DNA of 64,000 nucleotides from a bacterium (GTDB lineage: Bacteria; UBA8248). Shown piece after piece: positions 19,147 to 27,648 of this stretch. The stretch's first letter is position 1. Each line of letters opens with the position of its first letter. Location: the NCBI GenBank assembly GCA_965218885.1, contig OZ244713.1, forward strand, positions 2,800,769 to 2,864,768, read 5' to 3'. The notes beneath the pieces were generated by a model that ran no database searches, was not told the origin of the DNA, and saw nothing but the letters and a program-made list of their open reading frames with translations. The position numbers and the translations under genes are program-made.

Positions 19147-20400
19147 ATGAAGATTGTCGAGGACAAATTTTCCAACGGGATTCGCGTGGTGACGGCGGAA
19201 CGCTCCGAGTCGGCGGCGGTGGCGTTCCATATTTATTTCGGCTGTGGTGGTCGCCATGAGCGCGATGAAGTAGTGGGTGTATCCCATGCGCTCGAGCATA
19301 TGGTTTTTAAGGGCACGCCTTCGAGAACAACGCTCGACATCGCTCGTGAGATGGAAGGCAACGGCGCATCCATCAACGCGAATACGGCGTCCGAGCGCAC
19401 TTGCTATCACTTCACGGCGCCGGCCGATGCGTTCGCCACCGTGCTCGAAGTCTATGCGGATGCGGTGAATAACTGCCTGTTAGATAAAGACGAATGGGCT
19501 CGGGAGCGGATGGTCATCCTCGAGGAGTTGAAGATGTATGAGGACATGCCGCGCATCTGGGTGTCGGATATGCTGGAGACCACTGTCTACAATCTGCAGA
19601 TGGGCGTCATCGGGAACCGGGAGACCATCAAAGCGATTGAGCCCGAACACATGCGCGAGTTGATAGAGAAATGGTACGTCCCCGGCAACACGGTGATCTC
19701 CGTTGCGGGCGGCGTGAGGCACGAGGAGGTGATGGCGCTGTCCGAGAAACACTTTGGTGCTCGGAGCGGCAGCGAGGAGAAGCCTCTCTCACCCGGCTTG
19801 CCAGAGGAGAGCAAGGCCAAGATCATAGATCAGGCTCGCCAGACGGATCAGGTGAATCTCGCGCTCGGTTTCCGCGCCTTCGGCCTCAATCACGAAGACG
19901 CCGCCCCGCTCCGGGTGATGTGCAACATCCTGGGCGGGAAGATGAGCAGCAGATTATTCACCGAAGTGCGCGAGAAGCGGGGTCTTGCGTACAGCGTGGG
20001 TGCCGTGCCGCATCGCTACACCGACACGGGGATGGTTGAAATGAAGGCGGGCGTAGCCCTCGAAAAAGCGGTAGAGGCGACCGAGGTGATATTGTCTGAA
20101 ACAGGAAAGTTCAAGACCGAACACGTAACGAGTCAGGAACTGGCCGAAGCGAAGCGGTACATCAAGGGAAATCTCCAGATACATGAGAGTTCGGAATATC
20201 ATGCGGGGCGAAACGGCTCGAATCTCATGCTCAGAGGGAAGGTGTATTCCGTGGAGGAGGAGTTGGCGGATATCGACTCCGTGGGCGAGGAAGACATTCA
20301 GCGTGTAGCCAAAGAGGTGTTTCAGGAAGATAGGCTTACGGGCGCCGTGATTGCCGAAAAACCACTCGGTTCCGAAATCGAGGCGGTGCTCAAGATCTAA
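19147..20400 (+). CDS. M16 family (pitrilysin-like) zinc peptidase
   Basis: HALEHMVFKGT (HxxEH), NANTASERTCY, SSRLFTEVREKRGLAY. Confidence 0.93.
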   Translation: MKIVEDKFSNGIRVVTAERSESAAVAFHIYFGCGGRHERDEVVGVSHALEHMVFKGTPSRTTLDIAREMEGNGASINANTASERTCYHFTAPADAFATVLEVYADAVNNCLLDKDEWARERMVILEELKMYEDMPRIWVSDMLETTVYNLQMGVIGNRETIKAIEPEHMRELIEKWYVPGNTVISVAGGVRHEEVMALSEKHFGARSGSEEKPLSPGLPEESKAKIIDQARQTDQVNLALGFRAFGLNHEDAAPLRVMCNILGGKMSSRLFTEVREKRGLAYSVGAVPHRYTDTGMVEMKAGVALEKAVEATEVILSETGKFKTEHVTSQELAEAKRYIKGNLQIHESSEYHAGRNGSNLMLRGKVYSVEEELADIDSVGEEDIQRVAKEVFQEDRLTGAVIAEKPLGSEIEAVLKI

Positions 20401-20423
20401 GCCCCCGGAAAACGGAAAAGATG

Positions 20424-23372
20424 CTAGGGGGTTGCTGCCGCAGTGTTTGGCGGAGGATTGCTCAGAAGTATGTCGGTTCGACGATTCTTGGCGCGCCCCT
20501 CTTCTGTGTCGTTACTCGCCACCGGGCGGTAAAAAGAGTAGCCGGTCGCCGACATGCGTTTAGGCGATATGTTTTTCGATTCCAGGAATTTGACGACGGC
20601 AACGGCGCGTGCGACGGAGAGTTCCCAATTCGTGGGATAGCGACCGAGCAGATTGCCTTTAATCGGCTGATTATCCGTATGTCCTTCTATCCGTATTATT
20701 TTGTCTTTTTGTTTTTGGAGAAATTCCGCAACTGTTGAGAGCGCCTCGATACCTTTTTTTCTGATCTCGGCGCTTCCCAGATCAAACAAAAAATTGTTCA
20801 CGAAGGTGACGCGGAGCAAATCCTTGGTCCGTTCCAGCGTGATGGATTGTTTCTTTAACCTGCTGTTCATCTCGTTCAGATCTGATGCGAGCTTTTGGGA
20901 GCGTTCGGCTTCTTCTTGCGCTTTTTTCTCGAGTATTTTTGAGCGCGCAATCGCCAGCGTGTGTTTTTTGATCGTTTCCGACAGGCTCAAGTTTGTCTGG
21001 TCCAGCTTGTTTTTGATGAGTTCGGCCACGGAGGTTTTCTCCGAGATGAGTTGGCTCATCTCTTGAACCTGGGCCCGCAGAAGCTCTCCGGCTTTTACCA
21101 GACTCCCTATCTTTTGAGTTTTGTTTCTCGCGAGTTCGGCATTTCGCGCGTTTGATTCTTCGGCCTTGGCTCGCGTCTTGCGTTCACTCTCGAGGGTTTT
21201 CTGGATTTGTTCGAGCGCGAGTTCGAGGTTTCGGGCTTTCGTTTTTTCCTGCTCGATATCGGTATTTTTCTCTGCGATGAGTCGGCTCATCTCCTGAACC
21301 TGGGTGTTGAGGATTTCCCTGGTTTGTTCGAGGCGCTTCATTTCTTCGGCTCGATTTTTAGCGAGCATGGCGTCTTGCGCATTTGATTTTTTAGCTTTCG
21401 CCGATGACTTGCGCTTATCGGCGATATTGCGCTTATCTGCTTTTTTCTGCTCGGTCGTGATGAGTTGATCCATCTTACGGACTTGCGCCTCGATGATTTC
21501 CCTGTTTTTTTCGAGACGCTTCATTTCTTCGGCTCGATTTTTAGCGAGCATGGCGTCTTGCGCATTCGATTTTTTAGCTTTCGCCGGTGACTTGCGCTTA
21601 TCGGCGATATTGCGCTTTTTCATTTTTTCCTTCTCGGTCGCGATGAGTTGATCCATCTTACGGACTTGCGCCTCGAGGATTTCCCTGTTTTTTTCGAGAC
21701 GCTTCATTTCTTCGGCTCGATTTTTAGCGAGCATGGCGTCTTGCGCATTCGATTTTTCTGGCTTCGCAGACACCTTGCGCTGATCGGCGAGATTGCGCTT
21801 ATCTGCTTTTTTCTGCTCGGCCGCGATGAGTTGATCCATCTTTCGAACTTGGTTCTCGAGAATTCCCCGAACTTTTTCGAGACGCTTTAACTCTTCAGCC
21901 TGGCTTCTGGCCAGTTCGAGGTTTCGTTTATTTGATTTTTCAATCTCCACTCGGGTCTTGCGCTCGGTTTCAAGGGTGGCCTGGATTTGTTGGAGCGCGT
22001 GTTCGAGACTTTGGGTTTTCGCTTTTTCCTGTTCGATGTCGGCAGTTTTCTCGGCGATGAGTTGCCGCATATTGCTCACTTGGGCCTCGAGACGCTCTCT
22101 CGCTTTTTCGAGGCGCTGTATTTCTTGGGCCCGTTTACCGGCGATTGCGAGGTTTTGTTTGCTTGATTTTTCCGCCTCGGCGCGCATCTTGCGCTCAGTT
22201 TCAAGGGTTGTCTGTATACGTTTGAGGGCGATTTCGAGGTTCTGGGTTTTTGTTTTTTCCTGCTCGATGTCGGTGCTTTTCATCGCGATGAGTTGGCGCA
22301 TCTTTGCGACTTGAGCTTGGAGAAGCGCTCGGACTTTTTCGAGACGCTTGGTCTCTTCGGCCAGGCTGGCGGCGATTTCGAGGTTCTGCTTGTTTGATTT
22401 TTCCATATCGGCGCGCATTTTGCGCTCAGTTTCAAGGGTTGCCTGGATTTGTTTGAGCGCGCGTTCGAGATTCTGGGTTTTCTTTTTCTCCTGTTCGATG
22501 TCGGTGCTTTTCATCGCGACGATTTGGCTCATCTTTTGGACCTGGGTCTCTAGTCGCTTTATCTCTTCGCCCCTGTCGCCGGCGATTTCGATGTTTTGTT
22601 TATTCGCTTTTTCCGCCTCGGCTCGCGCTTTGCGTTCGTTATCGAGGGAGCTGTTGATTATGTCGAGTGTGGATTTGAGGTTTCGGATTTCGGTTTTTTC
22701 CTGCTTGATATCAGCGCTTTTTTCGTTGATGAGTCGGCTCATCTCTTCAGCCCGTTTGCTTGCGATTTCGATGTTTTGTTTATTCGCTTTTTCCGCCTCG
22801 GCTCGCGCTTTGCGTTCGTTATCGAGGGAGCTATTGATTATGTCGAGTGTGGATTTGAGGTTTCGGATTTTGGCTTTTTCCTGCTCGATGCCGGTGGTTT
22901 TCTCGGCGACGAGTCGGCTCATCTCTTTGGCCTGGGTCTCGAGGCGCTGTATCTCTTCGGCCCGCTTGGCCGCGAGCCCGGTGTTTTGTTGGTTTGCCTT
23001 CTCCGCCTCGGCGCGCATCTTGCGTTCGTCATCGAGGGCCGTCTGGATTTGCTTGAGCGTCATTTCGAGGCCTTGGATTTTGGCTTTTTCCTGCTCGATG
23101 CCGGTGGTTTTCTCCGCGATGAGTCGGCTCATCTCCTGAATCTCGGTTTTGGCGGAGGTCCCCTCTTTTTCGAGTCGGGACTGCAAACCCTTCATCTGCT
23201 GCTCTATTGTTTTGAAACGAAGGTTCAGCTTGGCGGTATTGTCTTTTTCCGCTGAAAGATCGATCTCTCGTTTTTGCAGCTGATTTTTCGTTGAATGGGA
23301 TTGCTGAGCGAAATATCCTGTTCCACCAAGGAGTACAGCGATAATCGCCCCTATGGTGATGCGAATGCCCAA
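20424..23372 (-). CDS. Giant coiled-coil protein with N-terminal membrane anchor and C-terminal MotB/OmpA-like peptidoglycan-binding domain
   Basis: Hydrophobic ITIGAIIAVLLGGTGY; about 820 aa of heptad-rich repeats; LFDLGSAEI, IEGHTDN, NWELSVARA, GYSFYRPVASNDTEEGRAKNRR. Confidence 0.85.
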   Translation of the reverse strand: MGIRITIGAIIAVLLGGTGYFAQQSHSTKNQLQKREIDLSAEKDNTAKLNLRFKTIEQQMKGLQSRLEKEGTSAKTEIQEMSRLIAEKTTGIEQEKAKIQGLEMTLKQIQTALDDERKMRAEAEKANQQNTGLAAKRAEEIQRLETQAKEMSRLVAEKTTGIEQEKAKIRNLKSTLDIINSSLDNERKARAEAEKANKQNIEIASKRAEEMSRLINEKSADIKQEKTEIRNLKSTLDIINSSLDNERKARAEAEKANKQNIEIAGDRGEEIKRLETQVQKMSQIVAMKSTDIEQEKKKTQNLERALKQIQATLETERKMRADMEKSNKQNLEIAASLAEETKRLEKVRALLQAQVAKMRQLIAMKSTDIEQEKTKTQNLEIALKRIQTTLETERKMRAEAEKSSKQNLAIAGKRAQEIQRLEKARERLEAQVSNMRQLIAEKTADIEQEKAKTQSLEHALQQIQATLETERKTRVEIEKSNKRNLELARSQAEELKRLEKVRGILENQVRKMDQLIAAEQKKADKRNLADQRKVSAKPEKSNAQDAMLAKNRAEEMKRLEKNREILEAQVRKMDQLIATEKEKMKKRNIADKRKSPAKAKKSNAQDAMLAKNRAEEMKRLEKNREIIEAQVRKMDQLITTEQKKADKRNIADKRKSSAKAKKSNAQDAMLAKNRAEEMKRLEQTREILNTQVQEMSRLIAEKNTDIEQEKTKARNLELALEQIQKTLESERKTRAKAEESNARNAELARNKTQKIGSLVKAGELLRAQVQEMSQLISEKTSVAELIKNKLDQTNLSLSETIKKHTLAIARSKILEKKAQEEAERSQKLASDLNEMNSRLKKQSITLERTKDLLRVTFVNNFLFDLGSAEIRKKGIEALSTVAEFLQKQKDKIIRIEGHTDNQPIKGNLLGRYPTNWELSVARAVAVVKFLESKNISPKRMSATGYSFYRPVASNDTEEGRAKNRRTDILLSNPPPNTAAATP
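21300..21850 (-). repeat. Three intragenic 183-bp tandem units (61 aa)
   Basis: TCGGCTCGATTTTTAGCGAGCATGGCGTCTTGCGCA recurs at 21346, 21529 and 21712. Confidence 0.9.
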
Positions 23373-23493
23373 GACTATTCTCCTACCAGGGCGATAATGG
23401 GCGTTTGGTCTTTCTGAATTCTAATTATAACACTCATTTTCGGGAAATTAAACAGGCGGGTTATAGATTCGCAGTAAAGCTTTCACTATAGCG

Positions 23494-23520
23494 AAACCGG
23501 GGCCGAAGCCCCGGCTTTTT
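23494..23520. terminator. Hairpin/terminator downstream of the BI-1 gene
   Basis: CCGGGGC-CGAA-GCCCCGG (cUUCGg tetraloop on the minus strand), flanked by A and T tracts. Confidence 0.65.
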
Positions 23521-23536
23521 GAGCGGGACACTTTTT

Positions 23537-24247
23537 TCAATCGCGCGAGGCGCCCAGAAGATGCGTCAGGTAAATGAACATCATGATGAAATCAAGGTAG
23601 AGTTCGAGCGCCGCCATGATGGAGGCGCGCCTGCCCGTTTCATTGTCCGTGTCCTGGGCGTAGGCGTATTCCTTCATCTTCTGGGTGTCATAGGCCGTAA
23701 GCCCCGCAAAAATGAGAACGCCCAGAACGCTGATGGCGAAATGAACGGCGGAACTGGCTACGAAGATGTTAACGACGCTGGCGAGGATGATGCCGATAAG
23801 GCCCACCATGCAGAAATTGCCCACGCCCGACAAGTCTTTTTTTGTGACGAAAGCAAAAAGGGTCAATCCGCCGAACGCGCCGCCGGTGACGAAAAACGCC
23901 TGAGCCACGGAAGTGAGCGTGTAGCGCAAGAGCAGGGTGGAAACGGTAACGCCCAGCGTCGCGCTGTAGAGCAGGAACAAAACCGCGCCCGCTTGCCAGC
24001 CTTTGCTGCGCATCACCGGCCTGATGGAGAAAACCAGGGCGAGTTGAACGCCGATGACCAGAAATACCGAGATGGAGCTTCCAAAAATGAATTGAATGGC
24101 GGCGGGGCTGGACGCGACGTAGAGCGCGCTGAAGCCGGTGACAAAGAGCCCCAGCGTCATCCATCCATAGACGCGCTGCATGAACGCGGCGGCGTCTTGT
24201 GCGATGACTCGTTGCCCGGTCGAGCGAGTGAAGTCTTGAGAGCGCAT
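23537..24247 (-). CDS. Bax inhibitor-1/YccA family membrane protein
   Basis: FMQRVYGWMTLGL, KKDLSGVG, LTAYDTQKMK, ALELYLDFI. ATG 24247 preferred. Confidence 0.93.
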   Translation of the reverse strand: MRSQDFTRSTGQRVIAQDAAAFMQRVYGWMTLGLFVTGFSALYVASSPAAIQFIFGSSISVFLVIGVQLALVFSIRPVMRSKGWQAGAVLFLLYSATLGVTVSTLLLRYTLTSVAQAFFVTGGAFGGLTLFAFVTKKDLSGVGNFCMVGLIGIILASVVNIFVASSAVHFAISVLGVLIFAGLTAYDTQKMKEYAYAQDTDNETGRRASIMAALELYLDFIMMFIYLTHLLGASRD

Positions 24248-24459
24248 TTCAGAAATCCTCCTGGATATCCAATCATTCAGTATCTTAGGCGAAGCGGCCA
24301 AAGTTTATACACTAATCTCTGATATCCTTTCTCTTTCAGGATATCAACATCCCCACGATAGTATATCTCATTCCGTTGAAATTCCAGTACCTCGAAAAAA
24401 GAGTTTCGTTCGGCGTTGTTATATTCTGTGGCTGTGGAACGTCAGCGGGTAACTGCTGG

Positions 24460-24488
24460 TTGACTTGGATTGTAAGGCGCCATATAAT
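24460..24488 (+). promoter_or_regulatory. Sigma70 promoter of marR
   Basis: TTGACT-N17-TATAAT. An imperfect AATTAG-N12-CTAATT inverted repeat overlaps the -10/+1 region (possible operator). Confidence 0.7.
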
Positions 24489-24523
24489 TAGGCCCCATAG
24501 CATCTAATTCTCGGAGCAAAGCC

Positions 24524-25066
24524 ATGTTCTACATGAAAGAACTGCCTAACGAGGAAGATTTCAGGCCCCTCGTGCCGGAGTATTCCTCTCTGGATACTTC
24601 CTCGGTCATGCTTTTTTATCTTTTTTTGCAGGTCGGCAGCGATATGCTCACCGTTTTTGAAACGTACCTGGCCGATCATGGCGTATCGCAGGGCAGGTTT
24701 ATCGTTTTATTGTTGTTGCTGCGCTCCCAGGTGAGGAACAACGGCTCGGGCCTCAGCCCATCGGAGTTGGCCAGACAAGCGGGTGTGACGCGCGCGACGA
24801 TGACCGGGTTGATGAAGGGACTTCAGCGCGATGGGCTCATCGAGCGTTTCAGCCACGATGGCGATAGAAGGAAAGTCATCGTTCGTCTCACATCAAAAGG
24901 AAAAAAGAGCCTGAATTCCATTTTTCCAGACTATTATTCGCGCATCGCGGAACTCATGAATGATTTGGAGGACGAGGAAAGAGAGAAATTATCCATGCTC
25001 CTCCATAAAGTGAAAAATAAAATGTATTCATCAAAACAAGCGCCGGCCGCCGGCGCCCAAGGATGA
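24524..25066 (+). CDS. MarR family transcriptional regulator
   Basis: LSPSELARQAGVTRATMTGLMKGLQRDGLIER, DRRKVIVRLT. Confidence 0.92.
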   Translation: MFYMKELPNEEDFRPLVPEYSSLDTSSVMLFYLFLQVGSDMLTVFETYLADHGVSQGRFIVLLLLLRSQVRNNGSGLSPSELARQAGVTRATMTGLMKGLQRDGLIERFSHDGDRRKVIVRLTSKGKKSLNSIFPDYYSRIAELMNDLEDEEREKLSMLLHKVKNKMYSSKQAPAAGAQG

Positions 25067-25127
25067 AGAATATCTTTGCTCGGATGCTTGAAGGAGCAAA
25101 TCCCTGTCGAGGAAGGAGAATACGGCG

Positions 25128-26372
25128 ATGGCGAAACCCAAAGTAATTATCCAGCTATACCCCATGCTGCCTGCGGAAAACCGGGAGGAGCGCGAGCAGA
25201 AAAGGCCTTTGGCCAGGGACAAGGATTTGTACCATCACGTGCTTCACGAATGGGTCGACATCGTGAAGGCCGCCGATGAGATGGGCGTATGGGGCATCAG
25301 CACAATCGAGCACCATCTGCATTCGGAGGGCTATGAAGTGGGGCCCAATCCGGGCGTTCTCAACGCATGGTGGGCCGCTCAGGTGAAAAACGCGAGAGTG
25401 GGCGCGCTCGGTTACGTTATGGCGACGCAGGATCCGATTCGCGTGGCCGAGGAAACGGCCATACTCGACCACATCACCAAGGGGAAGTTCTTCTGCGGCG
25501 TGGCGCGGGGGTATCAGTCCAGGTGGGCGAACATCCTGGGTCAATTCAGCGACACCCGGGCCACCGTCTCCACCGACTTGGGCGGGGCCGATGACGTGAA
25601 GAACCGCGACATCTTCGAAGAGCGCGTCGAGATGCTTCTTAAATTCTGGCAAGAAGATTCGGTGGAGGTGAAAGGAGCGCATTACGAGATTCCCTATCCC
25701 TATGAGGATGGAATCGATTATCCGGCCTGGAGGAGCGCCCGGGACGCCGGCGCAATCGGCGAGGTCGGCGATGACAATCGGGTGCGAAGGGTGAGCGTTG
25801 TTCCCAAGCCTTACCAAGAGCCTTATCCACCCATGTTTCAAGCCGTGAGCGCGAGCCCTGATTCCATAAAATTCGCCGCGAGAAATGGGTTCCGGCCCGT
25901 GTATTTCACCAAGCTGGAAAAGATGGAGGAATTCTCCCACCTCTACGTGGAGGAAGCGGCCAAGGCGGGCCACAACTTCGCCCATGGTGAGCGGCAATGC
26001 GTTTGCCGGTGGATTCATGTAACGGAAACCGAAGAAGAGTACGACGAGAAACTCAGGAAATACGATCAGGATATCTACCAGAACTTCTACGTGCCCTTCT
26101 TCCCCCAGTTCCCGGACGACACGGAAAGCATCGACTGGATCCAGAACATCAAGGAAAGCGGAATTTTCCTGGGAGGTACGGTAGATACGCTCAAGCGGGA
26201 GTGGGAGGAAACGTACGAAAAAGTGCCTTCGGAGTTCATCACCCTGATCTGGCACTACGCGCAATGCCCCAAGGAAGAAGTCATTTATGAGCTGGAAACG
26301 TTTATGACGAAAGTGTGGCCCGACCTGGAGTGCCCGGTGTCGAACGGCGTTACGGTCGGCGGCGTCGCCTGA
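25128..26372 (+). CDS. LLM-class flavin-dependent oxidoreductase (luciferase-like monooxygenase)
   Basis: AADEMG..STIEHHLHSEG, DPIRVAEETAILDHITKGK, GVARGYQ, PKPYQEPYPP. Confidence 0.9.
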   Translation: MAKPKVIIQLYPMLPAENREEREQKRPLARDKDLYHHVLHEWVDIVKAADEMGVWGISTIEHHLHSEGYEVGPNPGVLNAWWAAQVKNARVGALGYVMATQDPIRVAEETAILDHITKGKFFCGVARGYQSRWANILGQFSDTRATVSTDLGGADDVKNRDIFEERVEMLLKFWQEDSVEVKGAHYEIPYPYEDGIDYPAWRSARDAGAIGEVGDDNRVRRVSVVPKPYQEPYPPMFQAVSASPDSIKFAARNGFRPVYFTKLEKMEEFSHLYVEEAAKAGHNFAHGERQCVCRWIHVTETEEEYDEKLRKYDQDIYQNFYVPFFPQFPDDTESIDWIQNIKESGIFLGGTVDTLKREWEETYEKVPSEFITLIWHYAQCPKEEVIYELETFMTKVWPDLECPVSNGVTVGGVA

Positions 26373-26389
26373 CCTTTTTCTTGATGAGG

Positions 26390-26420
26390 AAGCCCCCGCA
26401 TCGGTATACCGGGGGCTTTC
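26390..26420 (+). terminator. Intrinsic terminator-like hairpin after the LLM gene
   Basis: AAGCCCCCG...CGGGGGCTT followed by TC. Confidence 0.55.
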
Positions 26421-26444
26421 TGAATCGTTTTCGAGGAGATAAGC

Positions 26445-27158
26445 ATGTATGAAATCATCGATCTGAGCCAGGAGATTTATACCGGCGCGCCCAGGTTTCC
26501 CGGGCATCCGGCGACGACGATCGAGTACGTCGCCAGGCACGAAGACGCGGCCAACGCGCCGATCAGACCGAAGGACATCACGTACGCGGCCATGATGCTC
26601 CACATGTGCGACCACGGGCCGACGCATACCGATTCAGTGAGCCACATCGATGAACGCGAAACGGCACCGAACATCGATCAGGCGCCGCTCGAGTGGTTCA
26701 TCACCCGGGCGATTGCGCTGGACTTCACGGGCAAGGTGGAGCCGATGGAGGAGATATCCTTGCAGTTGCTGCAGGATGAGCTTTCGGCGGCGAACCTCAC
26801 ACCCCCCAGGGACGGCACGCTTCTCTTCACGGGCGGGCATTTCAAGCGCACCTATCCGGCGGACGACTACCTCACGACCTACCCGGGCCTGGGGTATGAC
26901 GCCGCGGATTTCCTCTATCGTGAATGCGGCGTGGTGAACATCGGACAGGATGCGCCCAGCATCGACGCCGGCGTGAACACCACGGAACTGACGTTTCCCT
27001 GTCATGTGCTTTGCCGGGAACTCCAGCGCCACAACACGGAAAATCTGGCGAATATCGAAGCGGTGGCGGGGAAGGAATTTCTCTACGTGGGGCTCCCCCT
27101 CAAGATTCGCGCAGGCACGGGCTCTCCCGTGCGCGCCGTCGCCGTGATGAACCTTTGA
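26445..27158 (+). CDS. Cyclase family metallohydrolase (kynurenine formamidase-like)
   Basis: IIDLSQEI, HGPTHTDSVSH (HxGTHxD-like), GQDAPSID, ENLANI, PLKIRAGTGSPVRAVA. Confidence 0.88.
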   Translation: MYEIIDLSQEIYTGAPRFPGHPATTIEYVARHEDAANAPIRPKDITYAAMMLHMCDHGPTHTDSVSHIDERETAPNIDQAPLEWFITRAIALDFTGKVEPMEEISLQLLQDELSAANLTPPRDGTLLFTGGHFKRTYPADDYLTTYPGLGYDAADFLYRECGVVNIGQDAPSIDAGVNTTELTFPCHVLCRELQRHNTENLANIEAVAGKEFLYVGLPLKIRAGTGSPVRAVAVMNL

Positions 27159-27282
27159 GCAAACGGTGGCATTCTCGCCTTCATCATGAGTCTGTTGAGG
27201 GCGAGAAACTCTCGAATCATTTTGCCGCCATCATGGTTGTTCCAACGAGAGGGATTCTCGTTTCGTGAGGAGATTCAGGATT

Positions 27283-27633
27283 ATGCCGAAGACAGTGGAT
27301 TGGTATTATCATCGCTCCGGCTGAAAGACTTGCGCTAAAACGCAAGCGTTTCTTGCGGAGAACGGTATCGGGGTGTCCGAGCAGGCCAGCTCCAAAAAAG
27401 ACGTGGTGGATGAAGGCAACGTCGATTCTGTTCTGGATGGCGTGGCGGATGTGTATTCGACCAGGGGCAGAAAGGTGATCCACCTGAACATCGAAGAAGA
27501 AAAACCTGCGCGAGAAGACGTGCTGGCTCTTTTGATGGGTCGTTCAGGCACGCTCAGAGCCCCTGTCATCAAATATCAAAGCACCCTCATCGTCGGCTTC
27601 GATGAAGAAACATACGCACAGGTTTTGAAATAA
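27283..27633 (+). CDS. ArsC/Spx-like thioredoxin-fold selenoprotein (UxxC), 116 aa
   Basis: ATG 27283 with SD GAGGAG/AGGA gives MPKTVDWYYHRSG-[TGA 27322-27324]-KTC-AKTQAFLAE, in frame with the 27373..27633 fragment (GRSGTLRAP..LIVGF, ArsC-like). Hairpins follow the UGA. Confidence 0.85.
27325..27364 (+). promoter_or_regulatory. Putative bacterial SECIS for the ArsC-like gene
   Basis: After the UGA: CTTGCG-CTAAAA-CGCAAG, or alternatively CGTT(T)CT-TGCGG-AGAACG with a bulged U and G in the loop about 30-34 nt downstream. Confidence 0.5.
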
Positions 27634-27648
27634 ATCGTATCCGGTGAC

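Noticed and set aside
20424-20830. Flagellar stator MotB
   Set aside because: No motA neighbour, no Asp-bearing MotB TM motif, and the linker is far too long.
21300-23130. Regular repeats as a CRISPR array
   Set aside because: The units are 180-231 bp, in frame, inside a CDS, with no spacers or cas genes.
19005-27200. tRNA-Leu as the attachment site of a genomic island
   Set aside because: No integrase and no duplicated tRNA 3' end found in the window.
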